A DNA stretch of 64,000 nucleotides from Acutalibacteraceae bacterium (GTDB taxonomy: Bacteria > Bacillota > Clostridia > Oscillospirales > Acutalibacteraceae): NCBI GenBank assembly GCA_045544035.1, contig JAZPYE010000002.1:7898-71897 (forward strand). Direction: 5' to 3'. The first letter of the stretch is position 1. Each line of letters begins with the position of its first letter. A program made the translations under genes and the position numbers. The notes below the pieces were generated by a model. The model was given only the letters and a program-made list of their open reading frames with translations. It had not been told where the DNA came from and ran no database searches. Of the stretch, positions 54,488 to 64,000 are shown in pieces.

Positions 54488-56890
54488 ATGGAAAAATATA
54501 CATCTACTGCTCTTGCAAATTTAATTGAAAAAAAGCTTTCTCACAATTTTGGCGTTATGCCTGAGGAGGCATCTGATGACCTTTTTTATAAGGCCACGGT
54601 GCTTGTGCTCCTTGACATTATGCGCCAAAGGCGCACCGCCTTTAAAAAGGAAACCGCCGAAAAGCAGGCAAAGACCGTTTACTACCTTAGTATGGAATTT
54701 TTAATGGGTCGCTCACTTAAAAATAATCTTTTCAATATGGACCTTGAAAAGACAATGGCAAAGGCGCTTTCCAAGTTTAAGGTTAAGCTTGATAATCTTT
54801 ATGAGCTTGAACCCGATGCAGGTCTTGGAAACGGAGGTCTCGGTCGCCTTGCTGCCTGCTTCCTCGATGGTCTTTCAACCGGTGGTTACCCCGCCATGGG
54901 CTACTGCATTAAGTATGAATTTGGTATTTTCCGCCAAAAGCTCATTGAAGGCTGGCAGACCGAAATGCCCGATTTTTGGCTTCCCGGTGGCAGTGTGTGG
55001 CTTGAGCCCCGCCCTGCAAGTGCCGTTGATGTACATTTCGATGGCTATGTTAACGAAACCTGGGATGGCAACTACCACAGCGCCCGCCACGAAAACTACA
55101 CAACCGTTCGCGCAATGCCCTATGACCTTATGGTTGCAGGTAAGGATGGTAAAACTGTTAATGCTTTGCGCCTTTGGACCGCCGAATGTCAGGACATAAA
55201 TATGTCTGCCTTTAATCAAGGTGACTATGTTCGCGCAATGGAGGCAAAGGCAACGGCTGAGGCAATTAGTAAGGTGCTTTACCCCGAGGATAATCACATT
55301 GAGGGCAAATCACTTCGCCTTCGCCAGCAGTATTTCCTTGTTAGCGCTTCTATTCAGGATATTTTAAACCGCCACCTTCGTACCTACGGCACCCTTGATA
55401 ACCTTGCCGACAAGGTTGCAATTCACGTTAACGACACCCACCCAGCGCTCGGCGTTCCCGAGCTTATGAGATTTTTGCTTGATGAATGCGGTTACGAATG
55501 GGATAAGGCTTGGGGCATTGTTACAAAAACTATTGCCTACACGAACCACACCGTTATGAGCGAGGCACTGGAGTGCTGGCCCGAAGGTTTGTTTAAGGAA
55601 AGACTACCGAGAATTTATCAAATTGTTAAGGAAATTGACCGCCGTTACTACGCTCAGGTTTTAGCCGAAACCGATGATTGGGGTCTTGCTGAGCGCACCC
55701 ACATCATTCAAGGTGGCGTTGTTAGAATGGCAAACCTTTGTGTTGCCGCCTGCCACTGTGTTAACGGTGTTTCCAAGCTTCACAGCGATATTTTAAAGGA
55801 TTCTCTATTTAACGATTATTACCGTTTAACCCCCGAAAAGTTTACAAATGTTACCAACGGCATTGCCCACAGGCGTTGGCTTTGCCAGGCAAACCCTGCG
55901 CTTTCCAAGCTTATTACCGAGCTTATTGGTGATGGCTTTGTTATGGATGCCGCAAAACTTTCGGAGCTTAGAAAATTTGAAGATGATGCGGCTGTGCTTA
56001 AAAAGCTTGCCAAAATCAAGCGCCAAAACAAGGAGCGCCTTGCAAACTATCTTAGTGAGAAAAACGGCATTGTTTTAAATCCCGATTCTATTTTTGATAT
56101 GCAGGTTAAGCGCCTCCATGAATACAAGCGCCAACATCTTAACGCTCTGCACATTATCAGTGAATATTTGTTTATTAAAGAAAACCCCAATGCCCCATTT
56201 ACACCCAAAACCTACATTTTCGGTGCAAAAGCGGCCCCAGGATATCTGCTTGCAAAGCAAATCATTCACATGATTTACAATTTAAGCCGCGTTATTGAAA
56301 ACGACCCCGCCGTTCGCGATAAGCTGAAAATCGTTTTCCTTGAGGATTACAAGGTAACTTTAGCTGAACTTATGATTCCTGCGGCTGAAATCAGTGAACA
56401 AATTTCTCTTGCCTCAACCGAAGCCAGCGGCACAGGAAATATGAAGTTTATGATGAACGGTGCAGTTACCATAGGTACCGAGGATGGAGCAAACGTTGAA
56501 ATCCACAGCGCTGTTGGGGATGATAATATCTTTATCTTTGGTATGCACACTCCTGAGGTTAACCGCCTCCGCAAGAACGGCTACCATCCCTCTAACTACT
56601 ATAACAACAACGAAGAGTTAAAGGCCGCCCTTGATTTCATTGGCAAGGGCATTAACGGTCAGTCCTTTGAAAGCATTCACCACATTTTAACAAATGTTGA
56701 CCATTACATGGCCGCCGCTGATTTCAAGGATTACTGTACCGCACAAAAAATTGCCAGTGAGACCTATGCCGACACCCTAAAGTGGAACAAAATGTCACTT
56801 ATTAACATTGCCGAGTCTGGCATTTTTGCCGCCGACCGCTCTATTGAGGATTATGCCCGTGACATTTGGCACACAACACCTTTAAAATAG
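54488..56890 (+). CDS. glgP: Glycogen/maltodextrin phosphorylase
   Basis: 800 aa. PLP-lysine motif EASGTGNMKFMMNGA. Collinear with GT35 phosphorylases. Confidence 0.96.
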   Translation: MEKYTSTALANLIEKKLSHNFGVMPEEASDDLFYKATVLVLLDIMRQRRTAFKKETAEKQAKTVYYLSMEFLMGRSLKNNLFNMDLEKTMAKALSKFKVKLDNLYELEPDAGLGNGGLGRLAACFLDGLSTGGYPAMGYCIKYEFGIFRQKLIEGWQTEMPDFWLPGGSVWLEPRPASAVDVHFDGYVNETWDGNYHSARHENYTTVRAMPYDLMVAGKDGKTVNALRLWTAECQDINMSAFNQGDYVRAMEAKATAEAISKVLYPEDNHIEGKSLRLRQQYFLVSASIQDILNRHLRTYGTLDNLADKVAIHVNDTHPALGVPELMRFLLDECGYEWDKAWGIVTKTIAYTNHTVMSEALECWPEGLFKERLPRIYQIVKEIDRRYYAQVLAETDDWGLAERTHIIQGGVVRMANLCVAACHCVNGVSKLHSDILKDSLFNDYYRLTPEKFTNVTNGIAHRRWLCQANPALSKLITELIGDGFVMDAAKLSELRKFEDDAAVLKKLAKIKRQNKERLANYLSEKNGIVLNPDSIFDMQVKRLHEYKRQHLNALHIISEYLFIKENPNAPFTPKTYIFGAKAAPGYLLAKQIIHMIYNLSRVIENDPAVRDKLKIVFLEDYKVTLAELMIPAAEISEQISLASTEASGTGNMKFMMNGAVTIGTEDGANVEIHSAVGDDNIFIFGMHTPEVNRLRKNGYHPSNYYNNNEELKAALDFIGKGINGQSFESIHHILTNVDHYMAAADFKDYCTAQKIASETYADTLKWNKMSLINIAESGIFAADRSIEDYARDIWHTTPLK

Positions 56891-56892
56891 TT

Positions 56893-58725
56893 ATGCAATA
56901 TTATCCTTTTGATTCAAGAAAAAGTCTTTATAAGTCTAAATTCTCAGCCGTAAAATCGGGCGAAAGCCTGACTTTACGGCTACTTCTGCATAAGGATGCA
57001 AAAGCAGATGAAGCCTTTTTGCTTTTATCAAAGGATGGCGAGGTTGAGCAAAAAATCCTTCTCACACAAAGAGAATGTCTTGAGGATTATATCTTTTACG
57101 ACACCGAAATTTCCCTCCCTAGTGGGCTTTACTGGTATCGCTTTTTCTATACAAGCCCCTTTGGGAATTATTTTGTTACCAAGGTAAACGGCGTTGGCAT
57201 TGTCAACCTTGAGCCCATTGGCGCCTCCTGGCAGTTAACGGTTTACGACAGCGATTTTAAAACCCCCGACTGGATTAAGGGCGGCATTATCTATCAGATT
57301 TTTCCCGACCGTTTTTGTGATTCGGGAAAGCCGAAAAAGAATGTTCCCAACGACCGCTTTATTGTTAAAGATAAGAAAAAGCAACCCACCTTTACACAGG
57401 ATTTCACCACAAATGATTTTTTAGGCAATGATTATTACTGCGGCGACCTTGAGGGTGTAAGACTGAAACTTCCCTACCTTAAAAGTCTTGGGGTTAACTG
57501 CATTTATCTAAACCCCATTTTTGAAGCCCATTCAAACCACCGCTATAATACGGCGGATTATATGAAAATCGACCCCCTTTTAGGGGATGAAAAGGATTTT
57601 ATAAGGCTTTGTAAAGATGCCAAAAAGCAGGGTATTCACATTATTTTAGATGGCGTTTTCTCCCATACTGGGGATGACAGCATATATTTTAATAAGAAAA
57701 ACCGTTATAACGAAATTGGCGCCTACAACAGCACCCTCTCCCCCTACCGCGGCTGGTTTAAATTTAAAAATTGGCCCGATGATTATGATGCCTGGTGGGG
57801 TGTTCCCACATTGCCTGAAACGGTGGAGGAAAACGAGGATTTTCTCGAATTTATCACAGGCAAAAACGGCGTTATAAGGCACTGGTTAAAACTCGGTGCT
57901 GATGGATGGCGCCTTGATGTTGCCGATGAACTACCCGATGTATTTCTCGATAGCGTGAGAAATGCGATAAAGCAGGAAAAAAAGGATGCTTTTTTACTAG
58001 GCGAGGTTTGGGAGGATGCCACAAACAAGGTAAGCTACAACGCTCGCCGCCGCTTTTTAAGGGGCAAGCAGCTTGATTCCGTTATGAATTACCCATTTGC
58101 CAATTCTATTGTTAATTTTGTTCTTAGTGGCGATGGCGAAGCCTTTATTTCAAGCATTCTTGACATAATTGAAAATTATCCCCCCTGCTCCCTGCACACC
58201 CTTATGAACCACATTGGCACCCATGATACCGCCCGCATTTTAACACGTTTAGGCTTTGAGGGCGAAGTTTTAGCTGACCGAAATTGGCAGGCAGAGCAAA
58301 AACTTTCAAAGGAGCAGCAGGAAATTGGTAAAAAAAGGCTTAAACTTGCCGCAGTTTTGCAGTATACCTTGCCCGGTGTTCCCTCTCTTTATTACGGTGA
58401 TGAAATTGGCACCGAAGGCTTTGGCGACCCCTTCTGCCGCAGCTTTTTTGACTGGGGAAACGGAGACAATGAGCTTACCGAGTTTTATAAAAAACTAGGT
58501 AAATTCCGCCGAGAAAACAGCGTTTTTAAAGATGGCGAGTTTATACCCCTTTATTTTGAAAAAGGTTGCGTGGCTTATTTAAGAAAGCGGGACAAGGATT
58601 TCGTTTTTGTATGCGTTAATTTGAGCAGCGAAGAAAAAGGAATTGAACTTCCAAAAAATCTATCAAAAGAAAAAATTAAAATCGGCCCAAAAGATTTTTG
58701 TCTTTTCAGTGGAAATATTAAATAA
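56893..58725 (+). CDS. GH13 alpha-amylase family enzyme (neopullulanase/cyclomaltodextrinase-like, with an N-terminal E-set domain)
   Basis: ATG 56893 lies just after the glgP stop. GH13 regions I-IV: DGVFSHTG, GWRLDVADE, GEVWED and NHIGTHD. Confidence 0.88.
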   Translation: MQYYPFDSRKSLYKSKFSAVKSGESLTLRLLLHKDAKADEAFLLLSKDGEVEQKILLTQRECLEDYIFYDTEISLPSGLYWYRFFYTSPFGNYFVTKVNGVGIVNLEPIGASWQLTVYDSDFKTPDWIKGGIIYQIFPDRFCDSGKPKKNVPNDRFIVKDKKKQPTFTQDFTTNDFLGNDYYCGDLEGVRLKLPYLKSLGVNCIYLNPIFEAHSNHRYNTADYMKIDPLLGDEKDFIRLCKDAKKQGIHIILDGVFSHTGDDSIYFNKKNRYNEIGAYNSTLSPYRGWFKFKNWPDDYDAWWGVPTLPETVEENEDFLEFITGKNGVIRHWLKLGADGWRLDVADELPDVFLDSVRNAIKQEKKDAFLLGEVWEDATNKVSYNARRRFLRGKQLDSVMNYPFANSIVNFVLSGDGEAFISSILDIIENYPPCSLHTLMNHIGTHDTARILTRLGFEGEVLADRNWQAEQKLSKEQQEIGKKRLKLAAVLQYTLPGVPSLYYGDEIGTEGFGDPFCRSFFDWGNGDNELTEFYKKLGKFRRENSVFKDGEFIPLYFEKGCVAYLRKRDKDFVFVCVNLSSEEKGIELPKNLSKEKIKIGPKDFCLFSGNIK

Positions 58726-58733
58726 AAAAACAA

Positions 58734-58770
58734 AAATATCCATCCGTTGGGATGGATATTTTTATTTATT
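58734..58770. terminator. Bidirectional terminator hairpin between the convergent GH13 gene and the transporter gene
   Basis: AAATATCCATCC-GTTG-GGATGGATATTT flanked by A-runs and T-runs. Confidence 0.75.
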
Positions 58771-58801
58771 CAATATCGCACTGCCTCAGAAAACTCTTTT
58801 C

Positions 58802-60073
58802 TTAAATTCCGTAAACCAGCCAAATGTAAATGTAGGCAGGGATAATAGCAGCAAGGGTGAAAGGAATTCCGATTTTAAAGAAATCGCTGTTTTTAACCTC
58901 ATATCCGTTCTTGCGCAAAATTCCAATACCTGTGATGTTGGCAGATGCACCTATAGGTGTGCAGTTGCCTCCTAGTGTTGCGCCTGATAAAAGGCCGAAA
59001 TAAAGCACTGTGGGGTCAACACCGAGAGGTGCTGCAAGACCTGCAATAACCGGAATCATTGTTGCAACATAAGGAATGTTATCAATGAATGCGGAAATTA
59101 TTACTGAGCCCCAAACGATAACGGTGTAAAGCAGGAACACATTGCCCTTGCCAACTCCGGCAAGAAGCCCTGCAGCCGCATCAATAACTCCCTGCTCGCT
59201 GATGCCACCAATCATAAGGAAAAGACCGATAAGAAGGCCAATGGTTTCAAAGTCAATCTGCTTTAAAGGCTCGGTAATTGCCGAAAGGGTTTTGTTTTTA
59301 ACAAAATTATAAACAAGACCGATAACAAGAAGCACACAGCAGATAATTCCGTTAATGGTTGAAGGGGTGTTGGGAATAAAGGAAGCCACAATAAGTAAAA
59401 CGATGGTGCCAACAAGTAAAATCGAGGGTACATAATCGGTTACCTTTGTCCGCTCAAAAATCCTCGGAATGGGGTCCTTTTCTTTTCTAAAGAGGAAATA
59501 AAGAATAATAGCAGAAAGCGTTGCACCAAGCTCAACGGCGAAGAAAATTGAGAGCTTTCCTTTATAGAAGAAGAAATCAAGGAAGCTCATATCAAGGGCG
59601 GAGCCCAGCATTATTGCAGTGGTATCGCCAACAAGGGTTGCCGCACCCTGCAGGTTGCTGGAAACCGCAATTGCAATGATAAAAGGAACGGGGTTTGTTT
59701 TTAGCTTTTTGCAGATTTCAAGGGCAACAGGAGCCACCATAAGCACCGTTGCAACATTATCTATAAATGCCGAAATTATGCCTGCAAAAAGGGAAAGACA
59801 GATAGCCGCCCAACGAACATTGGGCACCTTTTCCATAACTAAATCCGCAAGGAGGGCCGGCATTTTGCTTTCAATAAACAATGCCACAAGGCCCATTGTG
59901 CCTGCAATCATCATAATAACGTTAAAATCGAGGGAGCCTAAAATCTTGTCAAGAGGAAGCATTCCACTGGCAATGAAAACAATGCCTGAGCCAAGGGCGA
60001 TAAAGGGTCGAAATTTGGGGAAAGCCAAAATAAGTACATAGGTTACCGCAAAAACAATAAGTGCCGGTATCAT
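58802..60073 (-). CDS. ArsB/NhaD (CitMHS-like) family anion/ion permease
   Basis: 423 aa with ~11 TM segments. Duplicated motif ISAFIDN(V/I)(A/P). Confidence 0.75.
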   Translation of the reverse strand: MIPALIVFAVTYVLILAFPKFRPFIALGSGIVFIASGMLPLDKILGSLDFNVIMMIAGTMGLVALFIESKMPALLADLVMEKVPNVRWAAICLSLFAGIISAFIDNVATVLMVAPVALEICKKLKTNPVPFIIAIAVSSNLQGAATLVGDTTAIMLGSALDMSFLDFFFYKGKLSIFFAVELGATLSAIILYFLFRKEKDPIPRIFERTKVTDYVPSILLVGTIVLLIVASFIPNTPSTINGIICCVLLVIGLVYNFVKNKTLSAITEPLKQIDFETIGLLIGLFLMIGGISEQGVIDAAAGLLAGVGKGNVFLLYTVIVWGSVIISAFIDNIPYVATMIPVIAGLAAPLGVDPTVLYFGLLSGATLGGNCTPIGASANITGIGILRKNGYEVKNSDFFKIGIPFTLAAIIPAYIYIWLVYGI

Positions 60074-60096
60074 AACTTTTCTCCTCTTTTTTAATT

Positions 60097-60702
60097 TTAA
60101 AAGCCAAGGGCTTCATTTACTAAAATAACGTGAATTCGGTCATCGTGTCTTGAAAAACGGGTAATTAAAAACTCACAGCAAATGGTGTCTTTGGCCTTGC
60201 AATCAGCGCAACTGCCCGTTTTTTTACATGGTGTGTTAATAGGAAAACGCTGTGCGTTTTTAGGTGCCGCAGTCTGCCTTGCGCGAATTATGGCAGAATC
60301 TAAATCCTCGCAAATTTTATTAATACCCACAATCATAATGACCTTTTTAGGCCCGTAGGCAATGGCGGCAACACGGTTTGAATTGCCATCAATATTAATG
60401 AGTATTCCATCCTTTGTCACGGCATTACTGCTGCAAAGAAAATAATCGGCACCAAAGGTTTTAATTTCCATTTCCCGCTTTTGCTCTGCCGTTTCGCAGA
60501 CATCTCGGTTAAAGGCAATAAAATCTCCGTTGTTCACAGCATCATAAAGCCCAATTTCTTTTACCGAGCTTGAGCCGCCCCAGCCAACGGTTTTCCCTTT
60601 TTCAATGAGGGAAAGGGCTATTTTTAAGGCTTCTGCCCTATCCTCGGCATAGTAACCGCTAATGTTTCGGGTGGAAAGAGCTTTTATAACATCATTCAGC
60701 AT
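60097..60702 (-). CDS. LUD (LutC/YkgG-like, DUF162) domain protein
   Basis: Start at ATG 60702. Contains FLCSSNAVTKDGILINIDGNSNRVAAIAYGPKKVIMIVGINKI and a C-terminal Cys cluster C..C....CC. Confidence 0.75.
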   Translation of the reverse strand: MLNDVIKALSTRNISGYYAEDRAEALKIALSLIEKGKTVGWGGSSSVKEIGLYDAVNNGDFIAFNRDVCETAEQKREMEIKTFGADYFLCSSNAVTKDGILINIDGNSNRVAAIAYGPKKVIMIVGINKICEDLDSAIIRARQTAAPKNAQRFPINTPCKKTGSCADCKAKDTICCEFLITRFSRHDDRIHVILVNEALGF

Positions 60703-60761
60703 AAAATCACCAAAAATCAAATTATAAATAAATTATAACACATATCTTCCTTTTACACAAG

Positions 60762-60818
60762 AAAAAAAGCAACACAAAAAGGACTCACTCCATAAAGCAA
60801 AATGCTTTATGGAGTGAG
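60762..60818 (-). terminator. Rho-independent terminator after the alkaline phosphatase gene
   Basis: On the minus strand: CTCACTCCATAAAGCA-TTT-TGCTTTATGGAGTGAG followed by TCCTTTTTGTGTTGCTTTTTTT. Confidence 0.8.
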
Positions 60819-60850
60819 CTGCATTAGAAAAATATGGGTGTATAATAAAA

Positions 60851-62122
60851 TCAGTTTTTAACGGCATCAATTGCAAATTTTCCAATGTCAGTGTTATCAA
60901 CCGTTTTATTATTAAAGTATTCTGCCCCATAGCCCACCGCAAAGGTTCTGACCTCTTTGCTGGTGTGGCCCGAGGTTGTGAAAAGCGAACTTGTAAGCTT
61001 AAATTCACCCTTTGGAACTGCAACACCGCCGGATTCGTGGTCAGAGGTTATGATAAGCAGGGTGTCGGGATTTTCCTTCATAAATTTAAGCACGGTTGCC
61101 ACGGCGCGGTCAAAGGTCACAACCGAATTTACCTTGCCTTTAATGTGGTTATTATGGGCCGCCTTATCGGCGCCTGCGCTTTCAACCATAAGGAAAAAGC
61201 CTTTGTCATTTTTAAGGCGGTTGAGAGCAACCTCGGTGCAGTGGGCCAATGTGTCGCTTGCCTCACTTAAAATATCCTCTGAAAAGAAGCCGATAAAAGG
61301 TTTTTCACAAAGGGGGTCGCGGTTTAAAACGGAATTCATTTCAGTAATGTTTTTTGAAACAAGGAAACTCGATAAATCAACATCGGCAAACTGGGAATAG
61401 TCCTGTCCGATTAAAACATCAGGTTTAAATTTCGCAAAGCTTGTTGCAAGCTCAGAATAGTTTTCTCTTGATGTGTTATGAACGGCAAAGGCCGAAGGGG
61501 TGGCGCCGACAATCTCATCGTTTGTGACAATACCAACCTTTTTGCCCATTTCTCTGGCAATTTCTGAAATGTTTTTAATATTTTTGCCTTCGGCCGACAT
61601 TCCAACCAAGCCGTTGTTGGTTTTTTGGCCTGTGGCAAGGGCCGTAGCCGAGGCCGCGGAATCGGTAACCTCGGCATTAAGGGAATGGGTGGTTGAAAGA
61701 CCTGTGTTTTCAATAAGATTCATCACAAGGCCGAAATCAAAGCAACCTTTTTTATTCTTTTCGGTGAGTATCATATCGTTGGGGCCCATTCCGTCACTAA
61801 TCATAACAATAACGTTTTTGGGCTTTTTAAACTCCATCGAGAGGATTCCCTGAGCCTCGGCTTTGGTGATGGTAACCTTACCCTCAGTGTACCAATTTAT
61901 CCATTCGGGGTCTTGTTCTTTGCAACCGATTCTCTCGCACTGGCCGTTTGAAAAACTGTGACCCAGCGCCTCATCGAAGGTAGCACCACAGGCTTTACAC
62001 TTTGAAGGCTCAAGGCAGGTGGCTGCCTGCTTTTCTAAATGCTCACAACTGGCATTGCCGCCACAGGCACACAGCGAAAAAACAATTAAAACTGCACAAA
62101 GAATTGCTAAAAGCTTCTTCAT
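60851..62122 (-). CDS. Alkaline phosphatase lipoprotein with an N-terminal Cys-rich module
   Basis: Start at ATG 62122 (GGGGGA 7 nt upstream). The signal peptide/lipobox is LIVFSLCAC. The alkaline phosphatase core includes VIVMISDGMG and TDSAASATALATG. Confidence 0.88.
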   Translation of the reverse strand: MKKLLAILCAVLIVFSLCACGGNASCEHLEKQAATCLEPSKCKACGATFDEALGHSFSNGQCERIGCKEQDPEWINWYTEGKVTITKAEAQGILSMEFKKPKNVIVMISDGMGPNDMILTEKNKKGCFDFGLVMNLIENTGLSTTHSLNAEVTDSAASATALATGQKTNNGLVGMSAEGKNIKNISEIAREMGKKVGIVTNDEIVGATPSAFAVHNTSRENYSELATSFAKFKPDVLIGQDYSQFADVDLSSFLVSKNITEMNSVLNRDPLCEKPFIGFFSEDILSEASDTLAHCTEVALNRLKNDKGFFLMVESAGADKAAHNNHIKGKVNSVVTFDRAVATVLKFMKENPDTLLIITSDHESGGVAVPKGEFKLTSSLFTTSGHTSKEVRTFAVGYGAEYFNNKTVDNTDIGKFAIDAVKN

Positions 62123-62243
62123 TGCCATTCCCCCTTTTGTATCTATTTTATCATTCCGAAAAAATATGTCAATATATAAAAAGAGTTCAATTAAAAGTTC
62201 AACCCCCACCGATTTTGGTGGAGGCTGTATTGAATTTATTCTT

Positions 62244-64000
62244 CTAAATTTGCCTTTTCTTCTTTATAAACATTACCGCTGTAACACCGCCGCCAATGAG
62301 AGCACCCACGCCAATCGCAATTATAACCCAAACGATAATGTTTGGTTTGCTTGTATTTATATCAGCATCCGTTTCAGTTGTAATATAAGGAATAACTTCC
62401 TCTTTTGTATCACCGCAAATGGTACAAGTGAAGGTTTTAACGCCTTCCTCGGTTTCGGTAGCTTCTTTTGTGACCACCGCCTCGCCAAAAACGTGTCCTT
62501 TTGCGGCAATTGTTTCTTCGGCTTTTGCGCCGCAAGTCACACAAGTACCTCCCTTTTTGCCTTCGGCAGTACAAGTAGGTTCAAGAGTTACTGTATGATT
62601 TTCTATCTTATGTCCCGTTGCTTTAATGGTGTTCGTTGTTTCTCTGTTGCAACGAATACATTTCCCGCTTTCAACGCCTGTTTCGGTACAAGTAGGTTGT
62701 TTGGTTACTGTAGGGTTGGAAAACTTATGACCCAGTGCATTGATTGCTTTTGTTTCTTTATGTGAGCACTTAGAACAACTTCTTGTTTGCTCACCCTTTG
62801 CCTTACAAGTTGCTTCTTTTGTGGTTTTCCAACTACCTAAAGAATGTCCTGTTGCAGCTATGTCGCGGTTTTCAACTTTTTGACACGTTGAGCAAGTTCT
62901 TGATTCGGTTCCCTTTTCTTTGCAGGTGGGTGCCTTTGTCTGCTTCCAACTGCCAAAGTTATGGCTATTTGTTTTTTCTATTGTCTCGGTTCGGGTGGCA
63001 CCGCAATCTGCTTCAGTACAGGTGTAAGTTTTAGTGCCCGTTTCTTTACAAGTGGCGGCTTTGGTTACACTACCGCTATCCCAAGTGTGTTCTTCGGTTT
63101 CGGCATTTTCCTCATCCCCGGGGATACTTTCTAATTCCTCGCATACTGTGCAATAACCTTCATAGTTAAAGGTATGCTCGGTTGTGCCAATACAACTATC
63201 ATAATACCAATTAGCATTTAATATTCCATCGGAATCCATTTCAATTAACTTCTTATCTTCAATAGAACCTCTGTAATATATATTTCTAAGATTGTAACGA
63301 TAATCGCTCTCACAAGAGTCAAGTTTACCGAATGCATCAGAACCAATGCTGGTTACGCTATCAGGGATGGTGATGCTTTTAAGACTGGAACAACCAGAGA
63401 ATGCCTCACTGCCAATGCTTGTAACTCCATCAGGAATTATTATGTTAGTAAGTTTTGAACAATAATAAAAAGACATATCCGGAATAGCAGTTACATTCTC
63501 TCCAAAATTTACTGTGGTTAACTTTTCACAACAACTAAACGGCGAATAATAAGAAGAAGGCCAACCATCCTCCCCCTCGTACTTCTCGTAAGCTAACCAG
63601 TCATCATATACTTCCACTTTATAATCAATTGCATTGATGTTTACAGTTGTAAGATTACTGCAACGATAAAATGCTTTTTCACCTATCAATTCAACATTTT
63701 CCGGAATTGTAATACTTGTAAGACTTCTGCAGCCAATAAATGCGCCAGCACTAATTTTAGTCACAGTATCCGGAATAACTAAATCCGTTACAAGTTCACC
63801 GTTTAGATATAAGTTGTTACCATAATATAAAGGATTTGATCTATACTCGTACTGATTAGCATCTACCTGCGTCGAATCTGGAACTCCAAATGATATATTG
63901 CACCACGATTCTAGGTCACTAATATACACGTTTTCAATAGAGCACTCCACAATAAACGCGTTAGAACCAATGCTGGTTATACTATCAGGTATGGTAATGC
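62244..64000 (-). CDS. Cell-surface protein: BspA-type leucine-rich repeats (LRR_5), six Cys-rich ~39-aa repeats and a C-terminal TM anchor; N-terminus lies beyond the window
   Basis: The frame stays open to nt 64000 (…ITIPDSITSIGSNAF). LRR_5 units have the form F..C..L..I.IP..V..IG..AF. The C-terminal helix IIVWVIIAIGVGALIGGGVTAVMFI is followed by KKKRQI. Confidence 0.8.
   Translation of the reverse strand, partial: ITIPDSITSIGSNAFIVECSIENVYISDLESWCNISFGVPDSTQVDANQYEYRSNPLYYGNNLYLNGELVTDLVIPDTVTKISAGAFIGCRSLTSITIPENVELIGEKAFYRCSNLTTVNINAIDYKVEVYDDWLAYEKYEGEDGWPSSYYSPFSCCEKLTTVNFGENVTAIPDMSFYYCSKLTNIIIPDGVTSIGSEAFSGCSSLKSITIPDSVTSIGSDAFGKLDSCESDYRYNLRNIYYRGSIEDKKLIEMDSDGILNANWYYDSCIGTTEHTFNYEGYCTVCEELESIPGDEENAETEEHTWDSGSVTKAATCKETGTKTYTCTEADCGATRTETIEKTNSHNFGSWKQTKAPTCKEKGTESRTCSTCQKVENRDIAATGHSLGSWKTTKEATCKAKGEQTRSCSKCSHKETKAINALGHKFSNPTVTKQPTCTETGVESGKCIRCNRETTNTIKATGHKIENHTVTLEPTCTAEGKKGGTCVTCGAKAEETIAAKGHVFGEAVVTKEATETEEGVKTFTCTICGDTKEEVIPYITTETDADINTSKPNIIVWVIIAIGVGALIGGGVTAVMFIKKKRQI
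62385..63089 (-). repeat. Six tandem ~39-aa Cys-rich protein repeats (H-x(12)-C-x(9)-C-x(2)-C-x(11)-G)
   Basis: Examples: HNFGSWKQTKAPTCKEKGTESRTCSTCQKVENRDIAATG / HSLGSWKTTKEATCKAKGEQTRSCSKCSHKETKAINALG / HKFSNPTVTKQPTCTETGVESGKCIRCNRETTNTIKATG, and so on. Confidence 0.85.

Noticed and set aside
60733-61026. 97-aa minus-strand ORF overlapping the alkaline phosphatase 3' end and its terminator
   Set aside because: It is out of frame with the well-supported phosphatase ORF and runs through its terminator hairpin. It has no RBS.
1-64000. CRISPR arrays, rRNA operons, IS elements and prophage blocks
   Set aside because: No regularly spaced direct repeats, no rRNA-like conserved stretches, and no transposase, integrase or phage structural ORFs were seen on either strand.

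Overview
This window looks like chromosomal DNA from an endospore-forming Firmicute, class Clostridia. The evidence is spoVM, whiA, a gerA-type receptor operon, a SleC-like cortex lytic enzyme, a SpoIVFA/FB-like protease pair and prkC/stp. About 90% of the window is densely packed core metabolism and translation genes, mostly on the minus strand: pflA/pflB, guaB, rsmD-coaD, pfkA, dnaE, whiA, murB, glcK, hprK, ychF, rsgA, prkC-stp-rlmN-rsmB-fmt-def-priA, rpoZ-gmk-remA-yicC, htrA, folD, lgt, an M16 peptidase pair, glgP plus a GH13 amylase, and an alkaline phosphatase. The only clearly accessory segment is a visibly AT-rich islet at about 4.1-6.9 kb, lying on the 3' side of a tRNA-Leu(UAG) gene. 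It is a self-contained promoter-to-terminator unit with two translationally coupled genes. One encodes a 493-aa protein with five treble-clef zinc-ribbon repeats around a Vsr/DUF559-like PD-(D/E)xK nuclease core. The other encodes a 140-aa N-terminally membrane-anchored protein with no recognisable family. This is my best candidate for an undescribed, possibly defence-type, system. Other items worth follow-up: (1) pyruvate formate-lyase is split in-frame into a catalytic core and a separate 80-aa glycyl-radical domain. (2) A perfect 89-bp direct repeat carries the first 22 nt of the tRNA-Leu and brackets a 100-bp GC-rich structured spacer. (3) A roughly 277-nt multi-helix element closed by a 24-bp stem sits behind a near-consensus promoter between guaB and rsmD. 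(4) A tightly overlapping operon encodes an HprK-like P-loop protein, an S24/S26 peptidase and an AI-2E transporter. (5) The SleC-like enzyme is split into pro-domain and catalytic ORFs. (6) Small genes missed by the ORF track include spoVM and two small membrane proteins. (7) A roughly 39-aa Cys-rich module is shared by two adjacent surface or secreted proteins. No CRISPR array, rRNA, transposase or integrase was seen.
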